From Candidatus Thalassarchaeaceae archaeon (GTDB taxonomy: Archaea > Thermoplasmatota > Poseidoniia > Poseidoniales > Thalassarchaeaceae), in contig JASLKP010000005.1 of the NCBI GenBank assembly GCA_030747485.1, positions 6,006 to 70,005 of the forward strand: a DNA stretch of 64,000 nucleotides, read 5' to 3'. Positions within the stretch are counted from its first letter, which is position 1. Each line of letters opens with the position of its first letter. The notes below the pieces were generated by a model, which worked only from the letters and a program-made list of their open reading frames with translations, had not been told where the DNA came from and ran no database searches. Below are positions 1 through 9,867 of this stretch, in pieces. The translations under genes and the position numbers were made by a program.

Positions 1-1
1 A

Positions 2-1804
2 CAACTCTCTGAAGTAGGTGGTGACGCAGTTCTTCTGGCTGATCGAATCTCCCACCTCGCAAATGTTGCAGGTAACAATTTGACTACAGAGAGCGCATCT
101 ACTTCTGATGCAGTTCAAGTGATGACCATTCACGGTTCCAAAGGTCTGCAAGCCCGATGTGTGATTGTTGGGGGTTTGTTTAGCGAAGGTCAAGGCAACA
201 TTCGCCACGATTTACGTGATCGGGTCCTCGCCACTCCAGAGATTTTCGCAGCGAACCCGAATCCTTGGTTAACTGGAGCCAAAATTGAGAGTGGTGTGTG
301 GACATTTGCGAAGATGCTTCAAGAAGCCCAAATTCAAGCCGAAGCGCGTCGTTTATTCTATGTCGCTTGTACACGCGTAAAGGACATTCTCATTCTGGCT
401 GGTAGTCCAAACGATTCCGTTTGGGAGGGAGATGCAATTTCCCTCAAACCACGCCCATTGTCGATGCCAACCTTTGGCCACATGTGGTTTGAAACTCAGG
501 GTTGGGAGCCAGACGACGACGGCCGGTATCGAACATGTGTTCCACTAGAGTTAGCTGAATTCCCCATCCATTCACACGTGTCTGAATTAGGTGACATGCA
601 TTCCACACGTAGCCCCTTGGTTCGTATGCACCGTCTTCATCAAACCACTACTGATGCCTTTGAAGAAGTGTCTCATACAATCTCAACGGATGTACCGAAT
701 CGACAGCGATTGTCACGAATTGCCCCACACGCTTTGGATGCAGCAGCATCGTGTCCACGTAGACATTGGCTGTCAACGAGAACAGGTCTTTCAACAGAAG
801 CGATTCGATTAGACATGGCTGCTGACCATCTAACCGACACAACCGCCTCAAGAGTCGGTTTACCACCAGCAAATGTCATCGGTTCGATTGTACATCGATT
901 GATGGAGGTTGGTTTGGCAAATCCTGGCCCATCATCAGCATTGACTGCCCCGTTATCTGAACAGTGGACCCAGACTTCTACGGATTTGCTAACCGATACA
1001 TCAACGCTCGCTCAAGTGATATCTGAATTGTTACCTGCTGATGCAGATGCAGATGCGATGACGACTTTGATGATTCAGATGTCTGAATTGTTACGCAAGG
1101 GACCGCTTGGAACTCTAACACGCGGTGAAGCGTGGAATGATGAAATCGTTGAGGGTTTACGAACTGAATGGCCATTCAGTATACGCCATACAATTCCAGT
1201 CGATACTAACGACGAGACATGGGCACCTCATGGCTCCCAATCACTCGCTGAAATCAATTCATTTGAAATTTCATCGAGTGGTATTGCTGACCTTGTTCTT
1301 TGCACTCGTTTAGAATCTGGAGAGGGGGCAATACGTGCTGTCGATTTGAAAACAACAGGAGCAGCCCATCTTCACGCCGGACGGCCTCATCCATTGCTAG
1401 AGGCAGATGGTCCATCTCGACATCATGAAGAGTCCGCATTGCTTGAAAAATACCGTATGCAACTTGCATTGTATACTCGCGTCCTCATCTTGCAAGAAGA
1501 ATCTCGGAAAGCGGTTGGCATTCAACACCGTAGAGTATTGCCACCAGCAATTCTCGCAACATCCACTGGTCGTATGATTACAATGTCTGATGATGAAATG
1601 ACTACTGCGTTGGATGATCTCGACAATTTGTTCAAACAAATCGCTGAACTTGCACTTCGTCCAGGTGATGCTGACCTACCTCCTCGCCTCTCCGGTGAAG
1701 CGGCGGAGGCATGTCACCACTGTCCATTTTCAATGGGTGATATTCGCCTGTGTGCACCAGAAGGTGAGCCTCTCGGTTTGCGACCGATTGAAGAGTCTGA
1801 ATAA
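2..1804 (+). CDS. UvrD/AddA-type ATP-dependent helicase-nuclease, C-terminal part (5' end outside window)
   Basis: SF1 helicase motifs V/VI (VQVMTIHGSKGLQ, EARRLFYVACTRVKD), followed by a PD-(D/E)xK nuclease (GIADLV...VDLKT...QLALY) with Cys at CPRRHW and CHHCPF..C. The frame is open from base 2. Confidence 0.88.
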   Translation, partial: QLSEVGGDAVLLADRISHLANVAGNNLTTESASTSDAVQVMTIHGSKGLQARCVIVGGLFSEGQGNIRHDLRDRVLATPEIFAANPNPWLTGAKIESGVWTFAKMLQEAQIQAEARRLFYVACTRVKDILILAGSPNDSVWEGDAISLKPRPLSMPTFGHMWFETQGWEPDDDGRYRTCVPLELAEFPIHSHVSELGDMHSTRSPLVRMHRLHQTTTDAFEEVSHTISTDVPNRQRLSRIAPHALDAAASCPRRHWLSTRTGLSTEAIRLDMAADHLTDTTASRVGLPPANVIGSIVHRLMEVGLANPGPSSALTAPLSEQWTQTSTDLLTDTSTLAQVISELLPADADADAMTTLMIQMSELLRKGPLGTLTRGEAWNDEIVEGLRTEWPFSIRHTIPVDTNDETWAPHGSQSLAEINSFEISSSGIADLVLCTRLESGEGAIRAVDLKTTGAAHLHAGRPHPLLEADGPSRHHEESALLEKYRMQLALYTRVLILQEESRKAVGIQHRRVLPPAILATSTGRMITMSDDEMTTALDDLDNLFKQIAELALRPGDADLPPRLSGEAAEACHHCPFSMGDIRLCAPEGEPLGLRPIEESE

Positions 1805-1841
1805 GAGCAGTCCTTTTGCTGCGAACCGTTGTGGCAGTGTC

Positions 1842-3254
1842 ATGGCGAGCATCAATTTCGCTCAGATTCATGAATGGGTTGATGAACAATGGGAGGGCCA
1901 TGCCCTTGAATCATTGGAGCGATTCATCGAGATTCCAGCATTATCTCCAGCATTTGATGAGGAATGGGCTGCCAACGGTTATCTGGATGCAACCATTGAT
2001 CACTTCGTCGGATGGCTTGGTACACTCCCAATGGAAGGAATAACTTGCTCAGTGCACCGAATACAGGGTAGGACACCGGTTCTCATAGTTCAAGTGGAAG
2101 GCACCGGTGAGGGAGAGGTTTTGTTCTATTCACATCTTGACAAACAACCACCATTTACCGGTTGGTCTGAAGGCAAGGGGCCTTGGATTCCAGTCAGAGA
2201 AGATCCGTGGCTATTTGGTCGTGGCTCAGTCGACGATGGTTACGGTGGATACCTCAGTATTCTCTCCATTCTCGCCCTCCAACAGCATGGGATTCCTCAT
2301 CCAAAGTCAACATTCTTGATTGAAACCTGTGAAGAATCAGGCTCTTTCGATTTACCAGCATATTTGGATGAATTATCAGATTTGTTAGGTACACCCGATT
2401 TGGTTGTCGTGATGGATTCAGGTGCCGGTGATTATGAGCGATTATGGGTCACGACCAGCTTGCGAGGCTTGGTCGGCGGCACACTACGAGTCGGTGTCAG
2501 TAAGGAAGGAGTACATTCAGGAATGGCGGGGGGTATCATTCCTTCATCATTCAGAATCGCACGTTCTCTGATTAGCCGAATTGAGGATGAAGGAACCGGT
2601 AATGTGCTGTTACCTGAATTAACAGTCAATATTTCGGATGAACTTCGTGGAGAAGCTCAAGGTATCGCCGACGTACTTGGAGACAATGTATGGACCGATC
2701 TTCCTGCCCTTGAGGGCTTGCAACCACAGACTCCAGGGATCACTGAAGTGATTCTTTCAGGCAATTGGCGGCCATCTCTATCCGTCACTGGAGCAGATGG
2801 GATACCAAGCATTGCCAATGCAGGCAATGTATTGCGAACACATACATCTTTGAAACTCAGTATGAGAATCCCGCCTGGTGTTGATGCTGATCACGCGGAG
2901 TCCATCATGAAGGCGGCGCTTGAAGCAGATTCACCACACGGTGCTCACGTCTCCTTTGAAGCAGATGCAGCAGCAAATGGTTTCTCAGCACCATCGATGG
3001 ATCCTTCTTTTAGAAATGCATTGAATGAGGCAAGCCTCGCCACTTTTGGCAATCCAATGCAGGTATTCTTTGAGGGTGGAACAATCCCTTTCCTCGCCAT
3101 GATGCAAGAGAAGTATCCCAATGCTGATTTCCTCGTTACAGGCAGCCTCGGTCCCGGTGGAAATGCGCATGGACCAGACGAAAAGTTGCATATTCCTGCC
3201 ACGAAAGCAGTCACGACTTGTGTTGCAGCAGCAATCGCATCATTGAATCCCTGA
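1842..3254 (+). CDS. M20/M25/M40 family metallopeptidase (dipeptidase-like)
   Basis: SHLDKQP, GRGSVDDG, ETCEESGS, HSG and NAHGPDE motifs. ATG 1842 chosen to avoid overlap with the upstream gene. Confidence 0.9.
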   Translation: MASINFAQIHEWVDEQWEGHALESLERFIEIPALSPAFDEEWAANGYLDATIDHFVGWLGTLPMEGITCSVHRIQGRTPVLIVQVEGTGEGEVLFYSHLDKQPPFTGWSEGKGPWIPVREDPWLFGRGSVDDGYGGYLSILSILALQQHGIPHPKSTFLIETCEESGSFDLPAYLDELSDLLGTPDLVVVMDSGAGDYERLWVTTSLRGLVGGTLRVGVSKEGVHSGMAGGIIPSSFRIARSLISRIEDEGTGNVLLPELTVNISDELRGEAQGIADVLGDNVWTDLPALEGLQPQTPGITEVILSGNWRPSLSVTGADGIPSIANAGNVLRTHTSLKLSMRIPPGVDADHAESIMKAALEADSPHGAHVSFEADAAANGFSAPSMDPSFRNALNEASLATFGNPMQVFFEGGTIPFLAMMQEKYPNADFLVTGSLGPGGNAHGPDEKLHIPATKAVTTCVAAAIASLNP

Positions 3255-3345
3255 TGATTCGGGAACACTACGTGTTCCCCGTTAGAACGGGTATCTATCA
3301 GGGAGCGGGTTATAATACGGGGCCATAGGTGGGACCTGACGAGGG

Positions 3346-3966
3346 ATGCCGATGTCCGATGATGGTGACGATGCTGGAACACTCACTCCTGAGGTGCGAA
3401 TGCGCCAGATGGAGGCACGCTTGGCAGATGAAACAGAGCGTCTAGTGAAACTCTACGATGCTTACGAGCAGCAAGAGAAGGAAATTGTGTCCCTTAGGGC
3501 TGAAATCGAAGTTTTAGAGAAGGACGGAGTCGACAAGGCGATTGAAATCGCCAGTGGCGAGGATCGTATCAAAGAGAAGAACAATCGAATTGAAGACCTT
3601 GAGAAAGCAGGTGCTTTAGCCAAAACCAAAGTTGAGACTCTTGAACCAGCATTAGAGAAGATGGAAGAGAGGTTCACCCGAGAGAAAGAACGTCTTTCTC
3701 GTGTCTTTGAGATTGCAGAGGAATTAGATGGTGACCTACGTCTTGCTGTTGCTGAGATGAAAGCGCGTGACGATTGGTACGTATCACACATGCAAGTGTT
3801 TGAAGATTTGAATCGCGCAATCAAGACTCGCTATGAAATGATTGAGAATGCCGTTGAAGCAGAGCGCAAATCGGCTCACATGAAGCGTGCTATTCGAGAG
3901 CAATTTGAGGATGCAGAACAGGCTCGTGCTGATGATGCAGCCGAAGCTGCTGACGAAGAGGAGTGA
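3346..3966 (+). CDS. Coiled-coil hypothetical protein
   Basis: 206 aa, E/K/R/A-rich heptad pattern; abuts the next gene. Confidence 0.75.
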   Translation: MPMSDDGDDAGTLTPEVRMRQMEARLADETERLVKLYDAYEQQEKEIVSLRAEIEVLEKDGVDKAIEIASGEDRIKEKNNRIEDLEKAGALAKTKVETLEPALEKMEERFTREKERLSRVFEIAEELDGDLRLAVAEMKARDDWYVSHMQVFEDLNRAIKTRYEMIENAVEAERKSAHMKRAIREQFEDAEQARADDAAEAADEEE

Positions 3967-3971
3967 GGTCA

Positions 3972-4811
3972 ATGGGTGCCATCGCCCCAGGGGGCGTGGT
4001 TCCAATCATGACTTGGTTTTCGATGGGGATTGCTATCGAAGCCATTGCGTTACTGGTTTCAGACCTTGGTGGAATGGCCCACGTAATGGGCATGCTCTGT
4101 TGGATTTTCACTGCATTGATTGCCAATTTCTATCGTGACCCTGACCGCCCGATCCCCAAAGATGAGGGAATCATCGTTTGTCCTGCTGATGGTCATGTCA
4201 TGTTCGTGATGCGAGAGCGCGCCACCGGTCGTCGACCCAACACAGAAGAAATGGAATCGGTAGAAACTGACCCATTGACTGGGACTTGGCACCCCGAACC
4301 GTGTTCATCAGCACTGTCGTTTGAAATTGAACAACGATGGGAGTCGGTACCATCTGGTGAGGAATCTCGTACAGATGCTTGGCGAATTGCAGTCTTCATG
4401 TCTCCATTAGATGTTCACGTGAATCGCAGCCCAATTGCTGGCACAATATCACATATGGAACACCGTACGGGCAAGGGTTTGCGCCGAGGTCCATTCCTTC
4501 CAGCATATCGTAAGGAATCAGCTTGGAATGAACGCGTTCGTACACTGTTTGAGCGTGATGATGGACTAGTCGTGGAAGTCACCCAAATCAGTGGTCGCCT
4601 CGCCCGTACAATTGCGCCATGGACAGACAAAGGAGACGCCTTACGCCGAGGCCAACGTTACGGTATGATCCGCCTCGGCAGCCGCGTGGATGTTAGAGTC
4701 CCAGCAAGTCAATTTGAGCCATCAGTCATTGGCGCGAATGCCAATGACCGTGAACATCCAAAGGGTCAATTTGTTCAGGCTGGCACGACAATATTGTTCA
4801 AACCAACTTGA
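3972..4811 (+). CDS. psd: Phosphatidylserine/archaetidylserine decarboxylase proenzyme
   Basis: FYRDPDR, CPADG, FMSPLDVHVNRSP and the self-cleavage motif RLGSRVD; GAGGT RBS before ATG 3972. Confidence 0.88.
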   Translation: MGAIAPGGVVPIMTWFSMGIAIEAIALLVSDLGGMAHVMGMLCWIFTALIANFYRDPDRPIPKDEGIIVCPADGHVMFVMRERATGRRPNTEEMESVETDPLTGTWHPEPCSSALSFEIEQRWESVPSGEESRTDAWRIAVFMSPLDVHVNRSPIAGTISHMEHRTGKGLRRGPFLPAYRKESAWNERVRTLFERDDGLVVEVTQISGRLARTIAPWTDKGDALRRGQRYGMIRLGSRVDVRVPASQFEPSVIGANANDREHPKGQFVQAGTTILFKPT

Positions 4812-5543
4812 TTATTCAGGTTTTGAACCATCTGCTTTGCGAATACATTTGGCGGGGATTCCACCCCATACTTCGCCAGGAGGAATGGTGGTGAATTTCG
4901 GAAGGACGGCCTTGCTTGCGACGACTGCTCCATCACCTACTACACAACCAGGATTGATTTGAGCCATGGTACCGATGACGACTTTCGCACCGATTCGTAC
5001 CTTGGAGAGATGAATTCCATCACGCTCAAACAGATGACCATTGATGACAGCATCTCCACCGATAATCGTTCCAGCCCCAATTTCAACCATGAAACAATCA
5101 TTCACACTTGAGGAGTTAATTTGCGCGCCCTTGCCTACTTTGCACCCCATCATTCGATAGTAGAGATCTGCGACAAATGATGGTACCATCCATTGTAACG
5201 ATGGTAGTGCAAGACGATGGAACAGTGCTAGAAACGCCCAACGAATGGTCAACCAACTTTCAGTTGGTGCTTTTGCGTCGTCTAAACTTGGTCTCATAAT
5301 CATTCCAAGAATGCCGAGCATCAATAAATCCGACAAGCACCATAGTAGCGCTCCAATGCCAATCGATGCACCTAGGGCCAACAATTGTTGCCACTCAGGC
5401 CAAGTCGAACTCGCGTCAATCACTTCTCCACAGAGGTAAATTCCTGGAACAGTCGCTAAGCCCCAAAGAACGAAACCTAAGGGCATGACCAGCATAGATA
5501 GAATTGGTTGAATCCACGAAAACCCACGCAGCTTCTTCGCCAT
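4812..5543 (-). CDS. Membrane-anchored hexapeptide-repeat (left-handed beta-helix) acyltransferase
   Basis: N-terminal TM helices, then [LIV]G..xx repeats and GEVWGGIPAK. Confidence 0.8.
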   Translation of the reverse strand: MAKKLRGFSWIQPILSMLVMPLGFVLWGLATVPGIYLCGEVIDASSTWPEWQQLLALGASIGIGALLWCLSDLLMLGILGMIMRPSLDDAKAPTESWLTIRWAFLALFHRLALPSLQWMVPSFVADLYYRMMGCKVGKGAQINSSSVNDCFMVEIGAGTIIGGDAVINGHLFERDGIHLSKVRIGAKVVIGTMAQINPGCVVGDGAVVASKAVLPKFTTIPPGEVWGGIPAKCIRKADGSKPE

Positions 5544-5546
5544 TAC

Positions 5547-7586
5547 TCACTCCTCTTCTGTTTGTCTACTGTTACGAGCATCTTCCTCTTCGGCTACACG
5601 TATGCCTTCCTCGATGTCGACCTTACTGGTGAGATAAGTACCGATTAGAATCACAATCGTAATCGTTAGCAATGCGACTCTACTATCGAAAGTAGTGCTC
5701 GCAATTCCATAGAGGAATGTACCAATCATCGCCGCAGATTTACCTAGGAATCCAAAGAATCCGAAGAATTCAGATGTGCGTGTTTTCGGTGTCAATTGTG
5801 AGAATACCGAACGGGCCTGAGCACCTGCCGAACCCATGGCACAACCAACAAACAATCCAAGAATAATCCATTGCATTGCCACACTAATTCCAAGAGGTGC
5901 CCATACCATGCTACGCATTAATGACGGCCACCAATCAACAGGTCCACCTCTGTCGACAACTGTTGGGTGAGTATTGCCAACTTCTGAAGCACCGGCCTCA
6001 TTCCCACCGATGAAAATGATGGAAAATCGGTGATCATTTGTATCATTAAACGAAGCGACCATTGCAGTCGCATTTCCTTCACTAATTGTTTTGATTTCTT
6101 TCTCCTCAACAGTCGCACCATCTGCAAGGAATGATGCTCCAAAGATTCCAACAGTCACAATAAGGAATGCTGCAATGACACCCATCCATCCCATTTCTTT
6201 ACTTTGCACCCACATGATGGCACCTCCCAGTATGGATAACATGGCCAGGATAAACAAACAAACCATCAATCCTTTTTTCATGTCAGTATCTTCTGCTCCT
6301 TCACGACTCCAATCTGGTTCTGGGAAATCATTTTGGAAAGCATCACGGAAGGCAGCATCACCATCTGAATCACTACTAATCCAATCTTCATAAGGAACTT
6401 CATACAATGTCTTCATCACATAAACACCGTCATCAGTTGTATTGTCTCCATCTGGATCCTCATCCCATTCAAATTGGAAATCATAACGCTCTGCATCATC
6501 TTCACCTTCTAGTTCGAGAGGTGCAAAACCTGCTGCTGTAACAGCGACTCCACAATAGATGAGTAGGGCCAACATCAATGCAAATTTTGTACCCTTCACA
6601 TCGGCCAGTTTACCGAATACGAATGTCATTGGGATTGCAACAATATTGACCGTTAACAAGAGAATGATATTCATTTGTTGATTGAGTCGCAATACTGAGT
6701 CTCCAAACGCACTGGCCATACTGGCGATGGTATTCACACCATCATAGAACAGCAGATAAGCAATTAAGAAGAATGCAAGGACCTTGAATTTTCGAATTTC
6801 CATCGCGGTATTGTATACTTCTGTATAAGCAATCTTCGCGGCTCCAAAAAATCGCGTAACGTTGTTTTCTCCCAAACTTTCCCATTCCAATTCTGAAGCG
6901 ATTTCAGGTTCAGGCGTCCACTTGAACATCAATGCTCCAAAACCCCACCACCATAGTGCAGATGTCACAAAGATGACCGCGAGTTTGAAATCCATATCCC
7001 AATCAAATGGTCCCATTAGAATGAGCAGATGGAAAATAAGCAGCAACGATCCACCCATAAATCCGTACATGTACCCCCAAGTAGAGACATGATCCTGACA
7101 TCGTCTTTCAGCGAGATAGGGCATGAACGAGTAATAGATGACGTTACCACCAGTGAATCCGATGGTACCGATGGAGAACATCACTGCAAGCACAATATAC
7201 CCATCTGAACCAAAGTAAGGTGCAGCTCCCATCAATGCAGTGAAGCCAATTCCCGCAACTGTGTACCATTTGAGTAATTTCTTCTTGACTGGCACACGAT
7301 CTGCAATGACCCCCAAAGCCGGTGCGGTGAGTACAACAAAAATCATTGAAATTGTGAGAACGAATGCATAGAACGAATCACCGGTTTGAGTACCAGTAGC
7401 TTTGTTGTACAAGTTGGACATCAGCGCCGGTGCAATCACCGTCATGACGGTCAAGGCATAGGCTTGATTTGCCCAGTCAAAGAAATACCAACCTTTGACT
7501 GCCTTTTTGTCATCTTCAGGCATTTCATCCATCAATCTCTTGACCAATCCGGGTTCCCGTGTCTCTGTAGATACTGTCTCGCCCAT
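5547..7586 (-). CDS. MFS transporter, UMF1/Atg22 family, with large internal insertion
   Basis: GWYFFDWANQAY, APALGVIAD, YDGVNT and ARSVFSQLTP..SEFFGFF motifs. Confidence 0.85.
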   Translation of the reverse strand: MGETVSTETREPGLVKRLMDEMPEDDKKAVKGWYFFDWANQAYALTVMTVIAPALMSNLYNKATGTQTGDSFYAFVLTISMIFVVLTAPALGVIADRVPVKKKLLKWYTVAGIGFTALMGAAPYFGSDGYIVLAVMFSIGTIGFTGGNVIYYSFMPYLAERRCQDHVSTWGYMYGFMGGSLLLIFHLLILMGPFDWDMDFKLAVIFVTSALWWWGFGALMFKWTPEPEIASELEWESLGENNVTRFFGAAKIAYTEVYNTAMEIRKFKVLAFFLIAYLLFYDGVNTIASMASAFGDSVLRLNQQMNIILLLTVNIVAIPMTFVFGKLADVKGTKFALMLALLIYCGVAVTAAGFAPLELEGEDDAERYDFQFEWDEDPDGDNTTDDGVYVMKTLYEVPYEDWISSDSDGDAAFRDAFQNDFPEPDWSREGAEDTDMKKGLMVCLFILAMLSILGGAIMWVQSKEMGWMGVIAAFLIVTVGIFGASFLADGATVEEKEIKTISEGNATAMVASFNDTNDHRFSIIFIGGNEAGASEVGNTHPTVVDRGGPVDWWPSLMRSMVWAPLGISVAMQWIILGLFVGCAMGSAGAQARSVFSQLTPKTRTSEFFGFFGFLGKSAAMIGTFLYGIASTTFDSRVALLTITIVILIGTYLTSKVDIEEGIRVAEEEDARNSRQTEEE

Positions 7587-7671
7587 GCACCGTGAGGCTC
7601 GATAGAGGGCTATAACCAACTCCCCGTATACATGAGTATAGTCTAAGTCCCGTATTGATTAGTGGGATTCC

Positions 7672-8457
7672 ATGCGAAGCCCTGCCAAAACAATGTATGT
7701 ACTGCTGCTGAGTTCGATTCTGGTTGCTGGGTGCCTCAATGCTGGCACCACAGGATCATCATCTTCACAGCCGATGAATGGACCCGCCGTCGATGCGGAG
7801 TTACTTTCGATTGAACCCGATTATAGGGAAAGCGGTAGTCTCCGCGAAATCGATATCACTGCATATCACGCGATGCTCGATTGGAATGGTTCAATTGATT
7901 TTGCAGGATGGGACGTAGATCTCGATGGCATTGTCGATTATGAAGTCACTTCACCAAATGGAATTACAGATATTACTGTGGATGACGATGATGTCGTAGA
8001 ATCAGATGACTTTCTTCGATTTACAGTTGCCTTTGGTGCCGTTGATAGTGATGGAAATTGGGGTTGGGAGATGTTGTCGAATGGTGATGAGATGGTGAAT
8101 TACGCATCAACAACAATGAACAGCTTTACTGCTTCAGACAGCGATGCATCGACATCTGGTGCAATGGACGACAACCTAATGCGCATCACTTGGCAATTCG
8201 CCGAGGATGACCTAAACTGGGCATTCGTCAGCATCAAGTTGGGCGTAGGCGACATGACCTACGACTGCACAACTGATGGCACTGAAGAGTGCGCAATCGG
8301 TCAGGACGGAAGCGATGAAGGCTCTTGGGAAACCACAGAGTTCCTCACTCTCTCAGAGAGTGGTACCGACATCTGCGACGGTTCGTGCAGTGTTGACATC
8401 TACGTGAAGTACCGCGGATCAACTGTATCTGGTACCTCCAACGTAGGCGTCGCTTGA
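7672..8457 (+). CDS. Secreted acidic lipoprotein, possibly with a pilin-like C-terminal domain
   Basis: Lipobox LVAGC after a hydrophobic stretch; D/S/T-rich; four Cys in the C-terminal domain. The pilin resemblance is from memory and unverified. Confidence 0.65.
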   Translation: MRSPAKTMYVLLLSSILVAGCLNAGTTGSSSSQPMNGPAVDAELLSIEPDYRESGSLREIDITAYHAMLDWNGSIDFAGWDVDLDGIVDYEVTSPNGITDITVDDDDVVESDDFLRFTVAFGAVDSDGNWGWEMLSNGDEMVNYASTTMNSFTASDSDASTSGAMDDNLMRITWQFAEDDLNWAFVSIKLGVGDMTYDCTTDGTEECAIGQDGSDEGSWETTEFLTLSESGTDICDGSCSVDIYVKYRGSTVSGTSNVGVA

Positions 8458-8504
8458 ACCTAACAGTTTGACTGTAGCTCAAAACAAAACAAGATGACAA
8501 CCGT

Positions 8505-8551
8505 GCCTCCCGGTGGGCGCCCTTTGGGTGCCCCCGGGGGGCCTTTTTTTT
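8505..8551 (+). terminator. GC-rich hairpin plus U-tract (intrinsic terminator-like)
   Basis: gcctcccgg-t-gggcgccc-ttt-gggtgccc-ccggggggc followed by a T-run, between convergent genes. Confidence 0.75.
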
Positions 8552-8570
8552 GTTTCAATTTCTGAATCAA

Positions 8571-9752
8571 TCATTCGCGATTGGATGTGATTTGATTCCA
8601 TCGATGTAAACTTCTTCCAGTTTGAGTGAGATACATTCCATATGCCAGATTGAGGTTCTGGTGAAGATAGGATACAATTGTGCCACACAATGGGATACGA
8701 GCCCCAGAGACACCAATGGCAAGCGAGAAGAGTACAAGTGCGTCGATAAGTAACATGATTCGATCTAATGGAAGTGCTTCACTACCAGTCCAACCAATTA
8801 AAATGACAGTTAGTGCATGTGCAACTCCTGACAATATGCCAATAATTACAATCCATGGAATCAAGGTATGTTGTACCCCATTGATTCCAAGAATGGTTCT
8901 CCAGGTACCGTGACCAAACCAATGTTTTCTGTTGCGCCAAAAGTGTCGTGACAAGCCCTGACCACGTCGAATTGCGCGTGCCCTCAGTTCACGTGCATCT
9001 GTAATCGGACGTTCATGGAATTGTATCGCAGAGTCTGAAATCGCACGCAATCCTGATTGACGGATCTGCACGGCTAATTGGGAATCGTCTGCATTTGAGC
9101 CAGAATCAATAGGGGACAAGAAGGATGTTCGATAAGCGGCAATTGACCCCTCAAATATTGGAGTCGAATCTACTCGAGATTCTCCTTCTCTGAACCAACG
9201 ATACCAATCTCGATAGATGGTTTGATCCGTATCAATGGCAATCGACCCACAAACTGCACCGATTTCTTCATCCTTCATCCGACGACCAATTCTTCGAAGA
9301 GCACCGGCGCCAAGCAAGGCATCTGCATCAGTCATTACGAATACATCATCAGTTGATTTGATTTCTGTAATCGCACGATTAATCGCTTCTGATTTACCCA
9401 ATCTTGCAGGCATTTCAATAATTTCAAGATTTAACTGATGTTTGGCATCCCAAGCCTTTGCCAACGAAACAGTATCATCTGTTGATGCTGAATCTATGAG
9501 AACGATTCGTCGTCTTGTCGGTGGATATTTCTGAGCCAAAAGATTATCCAATTTTTCTTCGATGATTGCTGCCTCATTCCATACTGGTAAAACGATAAAC
9601 AAGTATGGAAGTTCTTCATCAGTACATGCAGAAAGAGAGGGTAAAGATTTCTGTATCCATTTACGATTCAACCAATAATGTATAACCAAAGTCAGGACGA
9701 CACAAATCGCTGCACAAACCTGTACAGTAAGGAATGTGATACGAAGCACCAT
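8571..9752 (-). CDS. Glycosyltransferase family 2, membrane-bound
   Basis: VLPVWNE, IDSASTDDT, GKSEAIN, TDAD and ADD motifs; flanking TM helices. Confidence 0.88.
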   Translation of the reverse strand: MVLRITFLTVQVCAAICVVLTLVIHYWLNRKWIQKSLPSLSACTDEELPYLFIVLPVWNEAAIIEEKLDNLLAQKYPPTRRRIVLIDSASTDDTVSLAKAWDAKHQLNLEIIEMPARLGKSEAINRAITEIKSTDDVFVMTDADALLGAGALRRIGRRMKDEEIGAVCGSIAIDTDQTIYRDWYRWFREGESRVDSTPIFEGSIAAYRTSFLSPIDSGSNADDSQLAVQIRQSGLRAISDSAIQFHERPITDARELRARAIRRGQGLSRHFWRNRKHWFGHGTWRTILGINGVQHTLIPWIVIIGILSGVAHALTVILIGWTGSEALPLDRIMLLIDALVLFSLAIGVSGARIPLCGTIVSYLHQNLNLAYGMYLTQTGRSLHRWNQITSNRE

Positions 9753-9867
9753 TTGTTGGCCTCAAGGGTCGCTGAACCTAACGCGAGATAAGTACACCGT
9801 TGGGAAATTGGGTGGCGAGCCCTTCATGCAGGGGATTGCGCGTGAGCCAGATAGCGGAGGGGTAGCA

